A stretch of 32,000 nt of DNA from an uncultured archaeon. Lineage in GTDB: Archaea; Asgardarchaeota; Thorarchaeia; Thorarchaeales; CAZPUN01. The DNA lies in contig CAZPUN010000013.1 in the NCBI GenBank assembly GCA_964589775.1, positions 1 through 32,000 on the forward strand, in the 5' to 3' direction. Each line of letters opens with the position of its first letter. The stretch's first letter is position 1. Positions 9,006 through 18,455 of the stretch are shown here, in pieces. Position numbers and translations under genes: made by a program. The notes below the pieces were generated by a model. It saw nothing but the letters and a program-made list of their open reading frames with translations, did not search any database and was not told the origin of the DNA.

Positions 9006-11072
9006 ATGAAAATTTTGGTAATATCTGAAAAACCAAGCGCTGCAAAAAAAATTGCTATTGCATTAGATGAAAATAATAAGCCCATCCAAAATTCGAAATA
9101 TGGAATTCAATATTTTGAATGCAAGCAAGGTTCAGACATAATTTATGTAATCCCGTCCATTGGACACTTGTATACTATAAAACAAGAAGGCAAAGGCTGG
9201 ACCTATCCAATCGTTAATTGGAAATGGGTACCACTTTATGAAGCTGATAAAAAGTCAAAACGAGTCTATAATTTTATAAAATTATTCAACACGATATCTA
9301 AGGAAATAGATCAATATATTGTAGCTACTGATTTCGATATTGAGGGGAGTGTAATTGGCTACAATATTTTAAAATATGCATGTGATCAAAATGCAATCAA
9401 CAATGCACGTAGAATGAAATTTTCTACATTAACTAAAGAGGACCTTCGTGAATCTTATAATAATTTAATGGAGAGCTTAGATTTTGAAATAATTAATGCG
9501 GGAATAACAAGACATCAGATTGATTGGCTGTATGGTATTAATCTAACAAGAGCACTAACGCTAGCTTTGAAAAATACAACAAATCAATTTAAGATTTTGA
9601 GTACAGGTCGAGTTCAGGGTCCTACACTAAAATTCATTGTGGATAAGGAAATAGAAATTATGACACATATTCCAACACCATATTGGGAAGCAAAGCTACT
9701 AATCGATATTAATGGAAAAGAATTTTATGCAAATTACAAAAAACGAATAGAAACAATAAAAGATGCAAATAGTATATTAAGTATTAAAAGTACAAAAGCA
9801 AAAGTATCTTCAATAAAGAAGGCAGATATTATAATAGAACCACCAATTCCATTTAATTTAAGTGGTCTTCAATCTGAGGCATATAGATTATTTTCATATT
9901 CACCAAAAAGAACCCTACAGATTGCTCAAAAGTTATATTTAGATGCTTTAATCTCATATCCACGTACAAATAGTCAACAATTTCCACCATCTATAAAAAT
10001 TAAAGAGATATTAAGGAAATTAGAATCATTTGGAGCGTACAAATCATTAGTAGAAATGTTAAAAGACAAAACATTGACACCAACACAAGGTAAAAAGATG
10101 GATCCAGCACATCCACCAATACACCCGACAGGAGAAAAACCAACTAGAGCATTATCTCAACAAGAAGCAAGAATTTTTGAACTCATAATTAGAAGATTTT
10201 TAGCAATACTTGGGGAAAATGCAATAAAAACAATAATTACAACAACGTTTAATGTCGAGGGATATGAATTTATTTTAAAAGGAACTACTATTAAAAGAGA
10301 AGGATGGAGAGTTTTTTATAAACCATATATACGTGAAAAAGATGTCAAAATTCCAATTTTCTACGAAGACCAAATAATTCCTATAAAAGATATAAAAGTA
10401 GATGAAAAATATACAAAGCCGCCCTCTCGATATACATATGGTTCATTATTAAAAAAATTAGAACAAGAAAATTTAGGAACAAAAGCTACTCGCGCGGATA
10501 TTATTGAAAACATTCACAAACGAGGCTATGCTACCAAGAAAAACTTTGAGCCAACTCACCTAGGCAAAGTTGTTATAAATACATTGGATATATACGCTCC
10601 AGAAATAATTTCTCCAGACATGACAAGAAACCTGGAACTAAAAATGAATGCAATACAAGAGAAAGAGTTAGACATGAATACAGTCATGAATGAAGCAATA
10701 GCAAACCTTCTAGAAATTTTGAATAAATTCAAGGAAAAAGAGAAAGAAATTGGAATGACATTATCCGAGGGTCTTAATACATATTATGAAACGCAAAGAA
10801 CATTAGGAAAGTGTCCGGTATGTAAAACCGGTAATTTGGTTATCATAGTTTCAAAAAAGACTGGAAAAAGATTTGTTGGATGTACGAACTATTTTACAGG
10901 AACATGTAATATTAGCAGACCATTACCTCAAAAAGGGAAAATAATCCCGACAAATGAAAAATGTCCAAAATGCGGTTTCCCAATAGTACAGATCATTATT
11001 GGAAAGAAACCAAGAAAAATGTGTGTAAATTGGATAAATTGTAATACTGAGGAAAACAAGAATGACAAATAG
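9006..11072 (+). CDS. topA: Type IA DNA topoisomerase with C-terminal C4 zinc fingers
   Basis: ISEKPSAA, GHL, ATDFDIEG (TOPRIM), STGRVQGPTL, catalytic ISYPRT, LGTKATR. Likely start MKILV at 9006. Confidence 0.96.
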   Translation: MKILVISEKPSAAKKIAIALDENNKPIQNSKYGIQYFECKQGSDIIYVIPSIGHLYTIKQEGKGWTYPIVNWKWVPLYEADKKSKRVYNFIKLFNTISKEIDQYIVATDFDIEGSVIGYNILKYACDQNAINNARRMKFSTLTKEDLRESYNNLMESLDFEIINAGITRHQIDWLYGINLTRALTLALKNTTNQFKILSTGRVQGPTLKFIVDKEIEIMTHIPTPYWEAKLLIDINGKEFYANYKKRIETIKDANSILSIKSTKAKVSSIKKADIIIEPPIPFNLSGLQSEAYRLFSYSPKRTLQIAQKLYLDALISYPRTNSQQFPPSIKIKEILRKLESFGAYKSLVEMLKDKTLTPTQGKKMDPAHPPIHPTGEKPTRALSQQEARIFELIIRRFLAILGENAIKTIITTTFNVEGYEFILKGTTIKREGWRVFYKPYIREKDVKIPIFYEDQIIPIKDIKVDEKYTKPPSRYTYGSLLKKLEQENLGTKATRADIIENIHKRGYATKKNFEPTHLGKVVINTLDIYAPEIISPDMTRNLELKMNAIQEKELDMNTVMNEAIANLLEILNKFKEKEKEIGMTLSEGLNTYYETQRTLGKCPVCKTGNLVIIVSKKTGKRFVGCTNYFTGTCNISRPLPQKGKIIPTNEKCPKCGFPIVQIIIGKKPRKMCVNWINCNTEENKNDK

Positions 11073-11277
11073 ATGCAAAATATGTAATATGCTTGCTGAT
11101 GGTGAATTTTGTGAGCTGCACAAAAAAGCATACGAAAAATTGCATAGAGAATACGACAGATGGAATAAAGCACTTCAAATATCCTGGGAGGAGTACCTTG
11201 AAAAATTAAAGGAAAATGAATATACTGGAGTTGCCATAAAGGAAATAATAGATTATTTACTAGATCACTCTTCATAA
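11062..11277 (+). CDS. Small putative zinc-binding hypothetical protein
   Basis: CKIC...CELH followed by helical W..YL...TG...KE. Overlaps the topA stop, suggesting translational coupling. Confidence 0.7.
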   Translation: MTNRCKICNMLADGEFCELHKKAYEKLHREYDRWNKALQISWEEYLEKLKENEYTGVAIKEIIDYLLDHSS

Positions 11278-11573
11278 TCTGATTCTTTAATTTTACTTAT
11301 AATTTTACGGGCCAATGATTCAGAGGGCGAAGATAAGTTTCCGATTAATAATATGGATTCATTAAGAATCAATGAAATTTGCTCAGCTATTATTTTACTA
11401 ATAAAGTTTTGAGAGAATTCAGGGAAAAATTGTATCGATTTAGATGAATTTTGATCTCGAGAAGGAATCGCCAATACTATATCTTTTAATTTATATGATT
11501 CTTCATCAGATATTAAAAAAATAGATGCGTTAGATAACCTAATTCTTTTAATATTAACAGTCATGATAATCAC
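11265..11573 (-). CDS. Proteasome assembly chaperone 4 (PAC4/PSMG4)-like protein
   Basis: About 100 aa. Pattern RL.N.SIFLI..KL.DIVLAIPSR...S.IIAEQIS..LN..ILL..NL...IKE parallels recalled human PSMG4. Start may be ATG 11564. Confidence 0.6.
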   Translation of the reverse strand: MIIMTVNIKRIRLSNASIFLISDEESYKLKDIVLAIPSRDQNSSKSIQFFPEFSQNFISKIIAEQISLILNESILLIGNLSSPSESLARKIISKIKESDYEE

Positions 11574-11622
11574 ACCAAATATATATCATTCATATTTACA
11601 TATCTTTTTATTTAATAAAAAT

Positions 11623-13554
11623 ATGAAACTTATTGTGGTTCATTTGATAAATGAGAAGATTTTAGAATACTTTCCATATGAAACGCCTAGAAAAGGTCAA
11701 GCACAGTTGATTTATGAAATACAGACCGCTGTAGAGAAAAAAGAACATATCATTGTTAGTGCGCCAAATGGATTTGGAAAAACAATAACTGTGCTTTCTG
11801 CAGTCTTGCCATATGCAAAAACATTTGGTAAAAAAATACTATATTGTGCAAGAACACACAAACAGTTAGATAGAGTAATCTCTGAAATACAGAAGATTTC
11901 ACAATACAAAAAAGTTAACGGAATTTCACTACGCGGAAGAGTACATATGTGTATTAATCCAACGGTCATAGAAAATACAACAAGTGCTCGAGCAGCTAGT
12001 GAAGTATGTCATCACTTGAAGAAAAGAAAATTATGTCCATATTATACGAATTTAATAGATAATTTAGATAAAATTATGACACGATTTAACAATGTTTCAA
12101 TATCTGGAGAGTTTATGATTGATTTGGGAAAAAGTGAAGAATTTTGTCCCTATGAGCTAAGCAGATTATTGTTCTCAGACATGGACGTAATAGCACTAAA
12201 TTATTTATATTTGATAGATCCGGAAATACGAGAAACATTATTGGCAGATATTGGGATTACACTAAGTGATGTTATACTTATTTTCGATGAGGCTCATAAT
12301 GTTCCACATCAAGCGACAGAATCACAAAGCGATAGATTAGGCTTATTTACAATAAAAATGGCACTAAAAGAATCAGTAGAATATAAGAGCAGGATCATAA
12401 GAGAATTCATCAAAAATTTCGGAACTCTAATGACAAACTTGTCCAAAAATATAAAATCAGAACAAGAAAAAATTAATCCGAATGACGTTCTTGAAAAAAT
12501 CTTTAAATCATCAGATATTACTTTAATACACGATGGAATTTCACAATTAGTCAATTTAGGCCAAAAAATCCGACAAAATATGATTAAAAACGGTCAATTT
12601 CCAAGATCATTTATTGGACGAATTGGAGAATTTTTAGAACATTGGAACAAAAATATTGGAAGAAAAGACTTTGCATATTTTATTACACAAAACAAAGAAC
12701 ATGAATCAATTTATCTTGAAATAATATCATTAGATCCACGTACAACAACAAAGGAACTTATCAATTCAGTTCATTCAACGATTAGTCTCTCAGGTACTAT
12801 AGAACCAAACATATATCAGAAGCTAATTGGATTGCCACAAAATACCAAGAAGGTGGTTGCGGAATCACCATTTAATAAAAACAATGTACTTGCAATAATT
12901 ACAAAGGGAATTAGTACAGCATTAAATAATAGAACAGAAACCCATTTTGAAAAAATATTAAAACGCATTAAAGAAGTTGTATTGGCAACCCCAGGAAATA
13001 TTGGAATATTTACTGCTTCATATCAAATTTTAGATTCTATAAAAAATAATCTCGAAAAGGAAATATCAAAACCAATTTTTATTGAACAAAGAGGAACACA
13101 ATCACAAATAAATGATACAATGATAAGAGAGTTTAAGAAACAATCAACAAAAGGTGGAGCTGTATTATTGGGAGTCCAAGGGGGAAGGAACTCGGAAGGC
13201 GAAGATTTTCCAGGATATGAAATGAATTCTGTAATTGTGCTAGGCGTTCCTTATGCAAAACCAACCCCAATTGTAAAAGCAAAAATAGAATATTATGATG
13301 AAATCTTCCAAGGAAGAGGGAGGGAGTTTGGTTATATTGCGCCAGCTATTGAACGCGCAACACAGGCGGCAGGAAGACCAATTAGAAAAATAAACGATAA
13401 GGGTGTAATTGTCCTTATGGATGAGCGCTTTAAATATAAATATATCCAAAAATACATTCCTGAATGGATACGATGCCTAATTGAATATGCACCTGATGAG
13501 AATAATTATTTATTTGCTAAAATTCGAAAATTCTTTAGAAGTCATAACATGTAG
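11623..13554 (+). CDS. xpd: XPD/Rad3/DinG family Fe-S DNA helicase
   Basis: FPYETPRKGQ (Q motif), APNGFGKT, four Fe-S cysteines, FDEAHN, SGT, SEGEDF, QAAGRPIR. Start at 11623 (ATG) or 11644 (TTG) rather than 11563. Confidence 0.93.
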   Translation: MKLIVVHLINEKILEYFPYETPRKGQAQLIYEIQTAVEKKEHIIVSAPNGFGKTITVLSAVLPYAKTFGKKILYCARTHKQLDRVISEIQKISQYKKVNGISLRGRVHMCINPTVIENTTSARAASEVCHHLKKRKLCPYYTNLIDNLDKIMTRFNNVSISGEFMIDLGKSEEFCPYELSRLLFSDMDVIALNYLYLIDPEIRETLLADIGITLSDVILIFDEAHNVPHQATESQSDRLGLFTIKMALKESVEYKSRIIREFIKNFGTLMTNLSKNIKSEQEKINPNDVLEKIFKSSDITLIHDGISQLVNLGQKIRQNMIKNGQFPRSFIGRIGEFLEHWNKNIGRKDFAYFITQNKEHESIYLEIISLDPRTTTKELINSVHSTISLSGTIEPNIYQKLIGLPQNTKKVVAESPFNKNNVLAIITKGISTALNNRTETHFEKILKRIKEVVLATPGNIGIFTASYQILDSIKNNLEKEISKPIFIEQRGTQSQINDTMIREFKKQSTKGGAVLLGVQGGRNSEGEDFPGYEMNSVIVLGVPYAKPTPIVKAKIEYYDEIFQGRGREFGYIAPAIERATQAAGRPIRKINDKGVIVLMDERFKYKYIQKYIPEWIRCLIEYAPDENNYLFAKIRKFFRSHNM

Positions 13555-14375
13555 TTTTTCTTTTTCTTCATTTGTTCGATTGCTTCATAAATACTAATTT
13601 CATCAAGTGCAACTTGCCTTGCTAATTTTAGAGATATTGTAATATTTCCGGAAATAATACGACTGAAATTCTGTATTTCACGCAAATCGGTTTTCCTAAA
13701 ATTCAAAATAAAATCAGATTTAGAAATAGGTCTTCCATTTCTTTGCGCTATTAATGAAGCGGCGTAAATATGTTTTATCTTTGATGGAAAATTGTGATTG
13801 TGTGGTGTTGTTTTGTTCTCTTGTACAATACGTACACGATCTATCAGTCCGTTTCGTTGGAGTGAATATAGAATTCGACTTTTATATACCTGCCCTCCAG
13901 CACCAACATTAATTATGCAATTTATATGGGTTGATATGAGATATAGATTTTTCATAATATTCTTAATTACATTTATTCCTTCAAAGGTTCCTTTTACAAT
14001 TTTACCAATTATTGGAATACCATTGACACATAAGGCAATACCAATTGTTCGACCAGGATCTACACCAATTACACACGTTTTAATAGTAGAAATTTTATGT
14101 AAACTCATTACAATTTTCATTAAAAATATAAAATCATTGTTAAGATCTAGAAATATTATTTTACTTTTTAGAAAGTCAAAACTATTATCAAGCGATTTTT
14201 TTGTAGAAATTACAAGATCATCATACGGACGAATATCCGAAGCATTATCTATAATTTGAAAATTAATAGGTAATGTGGCAAGTAGTTCATTAACTAAATA
14301 AATTTCAACAGGTTCGTTTACAATGATCGAAATGTAATAAGTTCGTTCAAGAAATGGATAGTATAAATTCATCAT
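13542..14375 (-). CDS. Hypothetical protein with RNase H-like (RuvC/YqgF-type) domain
   Basis: IGVDPGRTIGIA beta hairpin, RIVQE and HIYAA..IA motifs, and a C-terminal helical tail. Confidence 0.7.
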   Translation of the reverse strand: MMNLYYPFLERTYYISIIVNEPVEIYLVNELLATLPINFQIIDNASDIRPYDDLVISTKKSLDNSFDFLKSKIIFLDLNNDFIFLMKIVMSLHKISTIKTCVIGVDPGRTIGIALCVNGIPIIGKIVKGTFEGINVIKNIMKNLYLISTHINCIINVGAGGQVYKSRILYSLQRNGLIDRVRIVQENKTTPHNHNFPSKIKHIYAASLIAQRNGRPISKSDFILNFRKTDLREIQNFSRIISGNITISLKLARQVALDEISIYEAIEQMKKKKNYML

Positions 14376-14431
14376 TTCATTTTAAAGTCTGAAAAATATA
14401 ATTATAAATCTTTACAAAATAATAACCATGT

Positions 14432-15118
14432 GTGAATAAAATGTTAAGGAAAACACTTCCTGCAATATTTAAAATAATAAAAGATCCAAATGTTCATATT
14501 ATTGAAATATATGGAGAAGCAGCATCAGGAAAAACCACTCTAGCTATCCAAATCGCAACAGATTACATTTGGAACGATAAAAATGTAATATATATATGTA
14601 CAGAAATACCATTACCTTTAGAAAGATTTCAACAAATTTCAGGTAAAAATGCAACATCATACAAAAATTTAGAATTAATTTCAATTAATTCATTTAATCA
14701 ACAGATTAAAATTATAGATAATTTATATGAACTATCTTTAAAAATGCCGGACTTGTTAATTTTTGATACTATTTCAAGATTATATAGATTAGAGCTTGAA
14801 GAGGAAAAGAAGAATTATCTTTTAAATAGAGAATTAAACAGGCAAATTGCTTTATTAAAATACTATGCAACTCGATATGATTTTAAAATAATATTAACAA
14901 ATCAAGTACATGCAAATATTCGATCAAAAACTGACACAGAACCTGTCGCAAAAACAGTCGTTGATTTTTGGGCAGATATAATTATAAAAACAAAAAAAAC
15001 GGGACATTTAGGAAAAAGAAAAATGATGATTATTAACCCCGAAATTGATGAAACAAAAGAATTTTTATTAGATTTATATCATCGTGGTTTTCAAGAAGTA
15101 AAGGAGGATTTTTCTTGA
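14432..15118 (+). CDS. RadB-like RecA-superfamily ATPase (RadA paralog)
   Basis: EIYGEAASGKTT, YICTE, ERFQQI, LLIFDT, ILTNQV. No RadA N-terminal domain. Confidence 0.85.
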   Translation: MNKMLRKTLPAIFKIIKDPNVHIIEIYGEAASGKTTLAIQIATDYIWNDKNVIYICTEIPLPLERFQQISGKNATSYKNLELISINSFNQQIKIIDNLYELSLKMPDLLIFDTISRLYRLELEEEKKNYLLNRELNRQIALLKYYATRYDFKIILTNQVHANIRSKTDTEPVAKTVVDFWADIIIKTKKTGHLGKRKMMIINPEIDETKEFLLDLYHRGFQEVKEDFS

Positions 15119-15354
15119 CCGAAAAACTATCTGCAAATGAAATTTGTATAGTCGAAATTTTAAAAAAATATGGTGAATTAACAACCGGAGAAATTATAGA
15201 ATTTGCACAGACAGATGAGTTCCAGGAATACTGTATAAGTTGTGAAGGTGGAGATGCGTTTATTCGAGCCATAAATAAGCTCTATGAGAAAGGATTAGTA
15301 GAAAAAAGATTTGATAAAGGATATATATGGAAGTTAAAGGGGGAAATTAAATAA
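15115..15354 (+). CDS. Small winged-helix protein with CxxC insert
   Basis: IVEILKKYGELTTGEI...CISC...INKLYEKGLVEK wHTH pattern. TTGA overlap with the RadB-like stop and TAATG overlap with sufS. Confidence 0.7.
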   Translation: MTEKLSANEICIVEILKKYGELTTGEIIEFAQTDEFQEYCISCEGGDAFIRAINKLYEKGLVEKRFDKGYIWKLKGEIK

Positions 15355-16589
15355 TGCTTGATGTTGAAAAGATTAGAGAAGATTTTCCAGTTCTAAAAAG
15401 AAAAATACGAAACAAACCGATTATATATTTAGATAATTCATGTATGGCATTAAAACCAAAGCAAGTTATTGAAGCTATGAATAAATATTATTACGAATTT
15501 CCAGCATGTGGTGGAAGATCAATTCATACTTTGGGAGAAGAAGTATCAGAATCTTATGAGAAGGCGCGAGAAAGTTTTGCAAAATTCATTGGCGCAACCC
15601 ACAACGAAATTATTTGGACACGAAATGCTACAGAATCAATTAATCTGGTAGCAAATGCATTAGATTTCAAAAAGGGACAAAAGATAGTATCTACAACTTT
15701 AGAACATCACAGTGGAGTATTACCATTTTATAAATTACAAAAAACAAAAGGAGTAAAACTTGAATTAGTACGCGCACAACCGGACGGAACATTTGATATT
15801 TCAGATTGGGAAAAAGCCATCGATGAAAATACAAGATTAGTTTCTGTTGTACATGCATCAAATGTTACTGGAACAGTTGCACCCCTTGAGGAGATCATAA
15901 AAATAGCACATGAACATAATGCACTTGTTCTTTCAGATGATGCACAATTCGCACCACATCATCCAATGGATGTTAAAAAATCAGATGTTGACTTTTCAGC
16001 AATTTCAATTCATAAAATGTTAGGTCCATCAGGTATGGGCGCATTATATGGAAAAAGAAAATTACTTGAGGAAATGGATACATTTCTTGTTGGAGGAGAT
16101 ACAATAAGCGATGTAAAACTAATTGATAATAATCAGTTGGAAGTCAAATTCTTACCACCACCTGAAAAATATGAAGCAGGATTACAAAATTATGCAGGCG
16201 TGATTGGAGCAGGTGCTGCTGCAGAATATCTTATGAAAATAGGTGTGAAGAATATTGAAGAATGGGAACAAAAACTAGCTAGACTCCTTGCTGACGAATT
16301 ACAAAAAATTGATAAAATCCACATAATTGGACCAACAGATGAAAGAAGACAGGCAGGTTTAGTTACTTTTACAGTTGATGGCATAACATCAGCACATGAT
16401 GTTGCAATGTATCTTGATCAAGAATACAATATAATGGTTAGGTCAGGAGCACATTGTGTGAATCCATTCCATTATCAAATTGGCATAAAACCTGCAAAAG
16501 GTACAACAAGAGCTTCAGCATATCTATACAATACAGAAGATGAAATTTATACATTAGTTAATGCATTAAAGAAGTTAGTGGGAGAATAG
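15354..16589 (+). CDS. sufS: SufS-type (group II) cysteine desulfurase
   Basis: IREDFP, YLDN, NATESIN, LEHHS, PLP lysine SIHKMLGPSG, catalytic RSGAHC, RASAYLYN. Confidence 0.93.
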   Translation: MLDVEKIREDFPVLKRKIRNKPIIYLDNSCMALKPKQVIEAMNKYYYEFPACGGRSIHTLGEEVSESYEKARESFAKFIGATHNEIIWTRNATESINLVANALDFKKGQKIVSTTLEHHSGVLPFYKLQKTKGVKLELVRAQPDGTFDISDWEKAIDENTRLVSVVHASNVTGTVAPLEEIIKIAHEHNALVLSDDAQFAPHHPMDVKKSDVDFSAISIHKMLGPSGMGALYGKRKLLEEMDTFLVGGDTISDVKLIDNNQLEVKFLPPPEKYEAGLQNYAGVIGAGAAAEYLMKIGVKNIEEWEQKLARLLADELQKIDKIHIIGPTDERRQAGLVTFTVDGITSAHDVAMYLDQEYNIMVRSGAHCVNPFHYQIGIKPAKGTTRASAYLYNTEDEIYTLVNALKKLVGE

Positions 16590-16594
16590 TTAAT

Positions 16595-18349
16595 TTAATT
16601 CCCACTCAAATTTTTTACCTTTTCTAAAACAAATTTTGTTCTTTTAATTGGATCCGTAAATTCAATACTACGAGATATTATTTCTAAACGGTCGTTAAAT
16701 TCACTTCGAGTTACTTTTCCACGTACAGTAATTACTTGGCCTAAAATGTTACCCAAATTTTCTGTAATAGGAGCTTCATCTCTGCCGGTTTTATTTACAA
16801 GATCTAATGCTTCTTCAGGTGTCATTCCTAATAGCGATTCTGCAGCATCATCTACAAGAGTTATTCGCATACTTCCACTGCCATCGTCAATTTGAACACT
16901 AAAAATCAATTTCGGAACAGCTTTATCTAATTCACCACACACTTTACATACAGGCTTGTTGCCCATCCAAGTCACTTTTCGCATACAATTAGGACAAGCT
17001 TCATAAACGGGTTTTCTCTCAGATACTTGTACAATAATTCCGGATACTTCGACAAACATTCCTTCTTCTAATTCATCAATCATATAGCTCCGATAATTTC
17101 CAAATTTTGGAATTTCTGTAATTACATCAATTTCGCTAAGACGTGATTCTTCAGGATTAATTAGTATTATTGCTTTTCTACCAACATGAATGTCAATAAA
17201 ATCTTCGGTTCCATCTTTAGTATACGCATGTTCGATTCTAATAATATCACCTTCAGAAATATCATTAATTTTCTCAACTTGTTCATCCCAAAAGACAACT
17301 CTACGAGATGCAAATTCATCTGCAATTGTAATATTTCTAACCTTTCCAAGACTTCCATCAGATCTAGAAAATTCACGAACATCGGATACTTGAATCACTT
17401 TTCCTTCTACCGTAATATCAAATTGTCTAGGATGAATTTCAGACAAATTTTCAACAACTACAGATTTTTGTATAAAATCAGTATTTTTACCTATAATATT
17501 AACATCTGATTTTGAACTTGTATGGAGTTCGACTCCACGGTCTGAGGATTTTGTATAAATATTGGTTACTTCAATTTCGGTCCCTTCGTCTAATTTATCA
17601 AAAACATCAACCAAGTTGTTCCAAAAGCTAATTCGCGCTGAACCGGTTGAATCACCAATTATTGCACTAAATACACGTCCAGGTGTACCATCTTTACGAG
17701 TAAATTCAACAGGTTCATATTTTCTAATTATAACGCCTTTAATAGTAATATTATACAAGCCGGGAGTTAAACTTGCAATTTCTGATATTGTGTTTTCAAT
17801 AGAAACACCATCATATTTTGAAGATTCAACATCTGGTGGATTTATAATAATTTTTCCACGCTTTCCTAAATTAACTTCAATATCTCCAAATCGACCTAGT
17901 TTTGAATAGCCACCTAAAATTCTAATAATGTCACCAACATTAAGATGCCCATCAGATACTGCAGTAGTATGATTGTCCCATAAAACAATACGAATCGTTC
18001 CAGATTCATCACCAACCAATAAATTGGTAACGTAACCGATACTGCCATCAGATCTTTTAAATGAACGAACATCGCTAATAGACAGTACTTTACCTTCTAA
18101 TACAACATTATTCATACCTTCAACAATATCTGAAATTTTTATTGAGGATGGTGTGAAAGAAATTGGTTTAATTTTTACATTAAATTGCTTTGCAACTAAT
18201 AGCGCCGCGCTTCGTTCAGTAATATTTGATTCACCGAATAATTCACGTTGACGCTTTATTAATTCTTGAATCTCACTACGCGTCATACCCGTAGAATCAA
18301 TTATTAAATTAATTATTTCTTCAACGGTCATTTTGGACAATATGAACAT
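16595..18349 (-). CDS. rpa: Replication protein A large subunit (multiple OB folds plus zinc finger)
   Basis: Three repeated OB folds (F.R.DG..G.V...GD.SG.IR..W) and a fourth with CPNC...CKVC and DDGSG. Confidence 0.92.
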   Translation of the reverse strand: MFILSKMTVEEIINLIIDSTGMTRSEIQELIKRQRELFGESNITERSAALLVAKQFNVKIKPISFTPSSIKISDIVEGMNNVVLEGKVLSISDVRSFKRSDGSIGYVTNLLVGDESGTIRIVLWDNHTTAVSDGHLNVGDIIRILGGYSKLGRFGDIEVNLGKRGKIIINPPDVESSKYDGVSIENTISEIASLTPGLYNITIKGVIIRKYEPVEFTRKDGTPGRVFSAIIGDSTGSARISFWNNLVDVFDKLDEGTEIEVTNIYTKSSDRGVELHTSSKSDVNIIGKNTDFIQKSVVVENLSEIHPRQFDITVEGKVIQVSDVREFSRSDGSLGKVRNITIADEFASRRVVFWDEQVEKINDISEGDIIRIEHAYTKDGTEDFIDIHVGRKAIILINPEESRLSEIDVITEIPKFGNYRSYMIDELEEGMFVEVSGIIVQVSERKPVYEACPNCMRKVTWMGNKPVCKVCGELDKAVPKLIFSVQIDDGSGSMRITLVDDAAESLLGMTPEEALDLVNKTGRDEAPITENLGNILGQVITVRGKVTRSEFNDRLEIISRSIEFTDPIKRTKFVLEKVKNLSGN

Positions 18350-18455
18350 ACTCCCTTAAAGGTAATAATCAAATACAAGTATCATAAGAGTTATACTTAA
18401 ACTAAACTAATTATTATAAAAATCATCAATATATAAATGCTAAGGCAGTGATGAA

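Noticed and set aside
8941-9045. Long head-to-head overlap between the OSTC-like ORF and topA (likewise 5' extensions of xpd, carS and the wHTH)
   Set aside because: Artefacts of choosing the most upstream start. Downstream starts fit the family N-termini and leave room for promoters.
13542-14375. RNase H-fold ORF as transposase or TnpB
   Set aside because: No terminal repeats, target duplication or TnpB zinc finger, and it is tightly packed among housekeeping genes.
16595-18349. Repeated segments within rpa as a DNA repeat element
   Set aside because: They are explained by tandem OB-fold duplication, which is normal for archaeal RPA.
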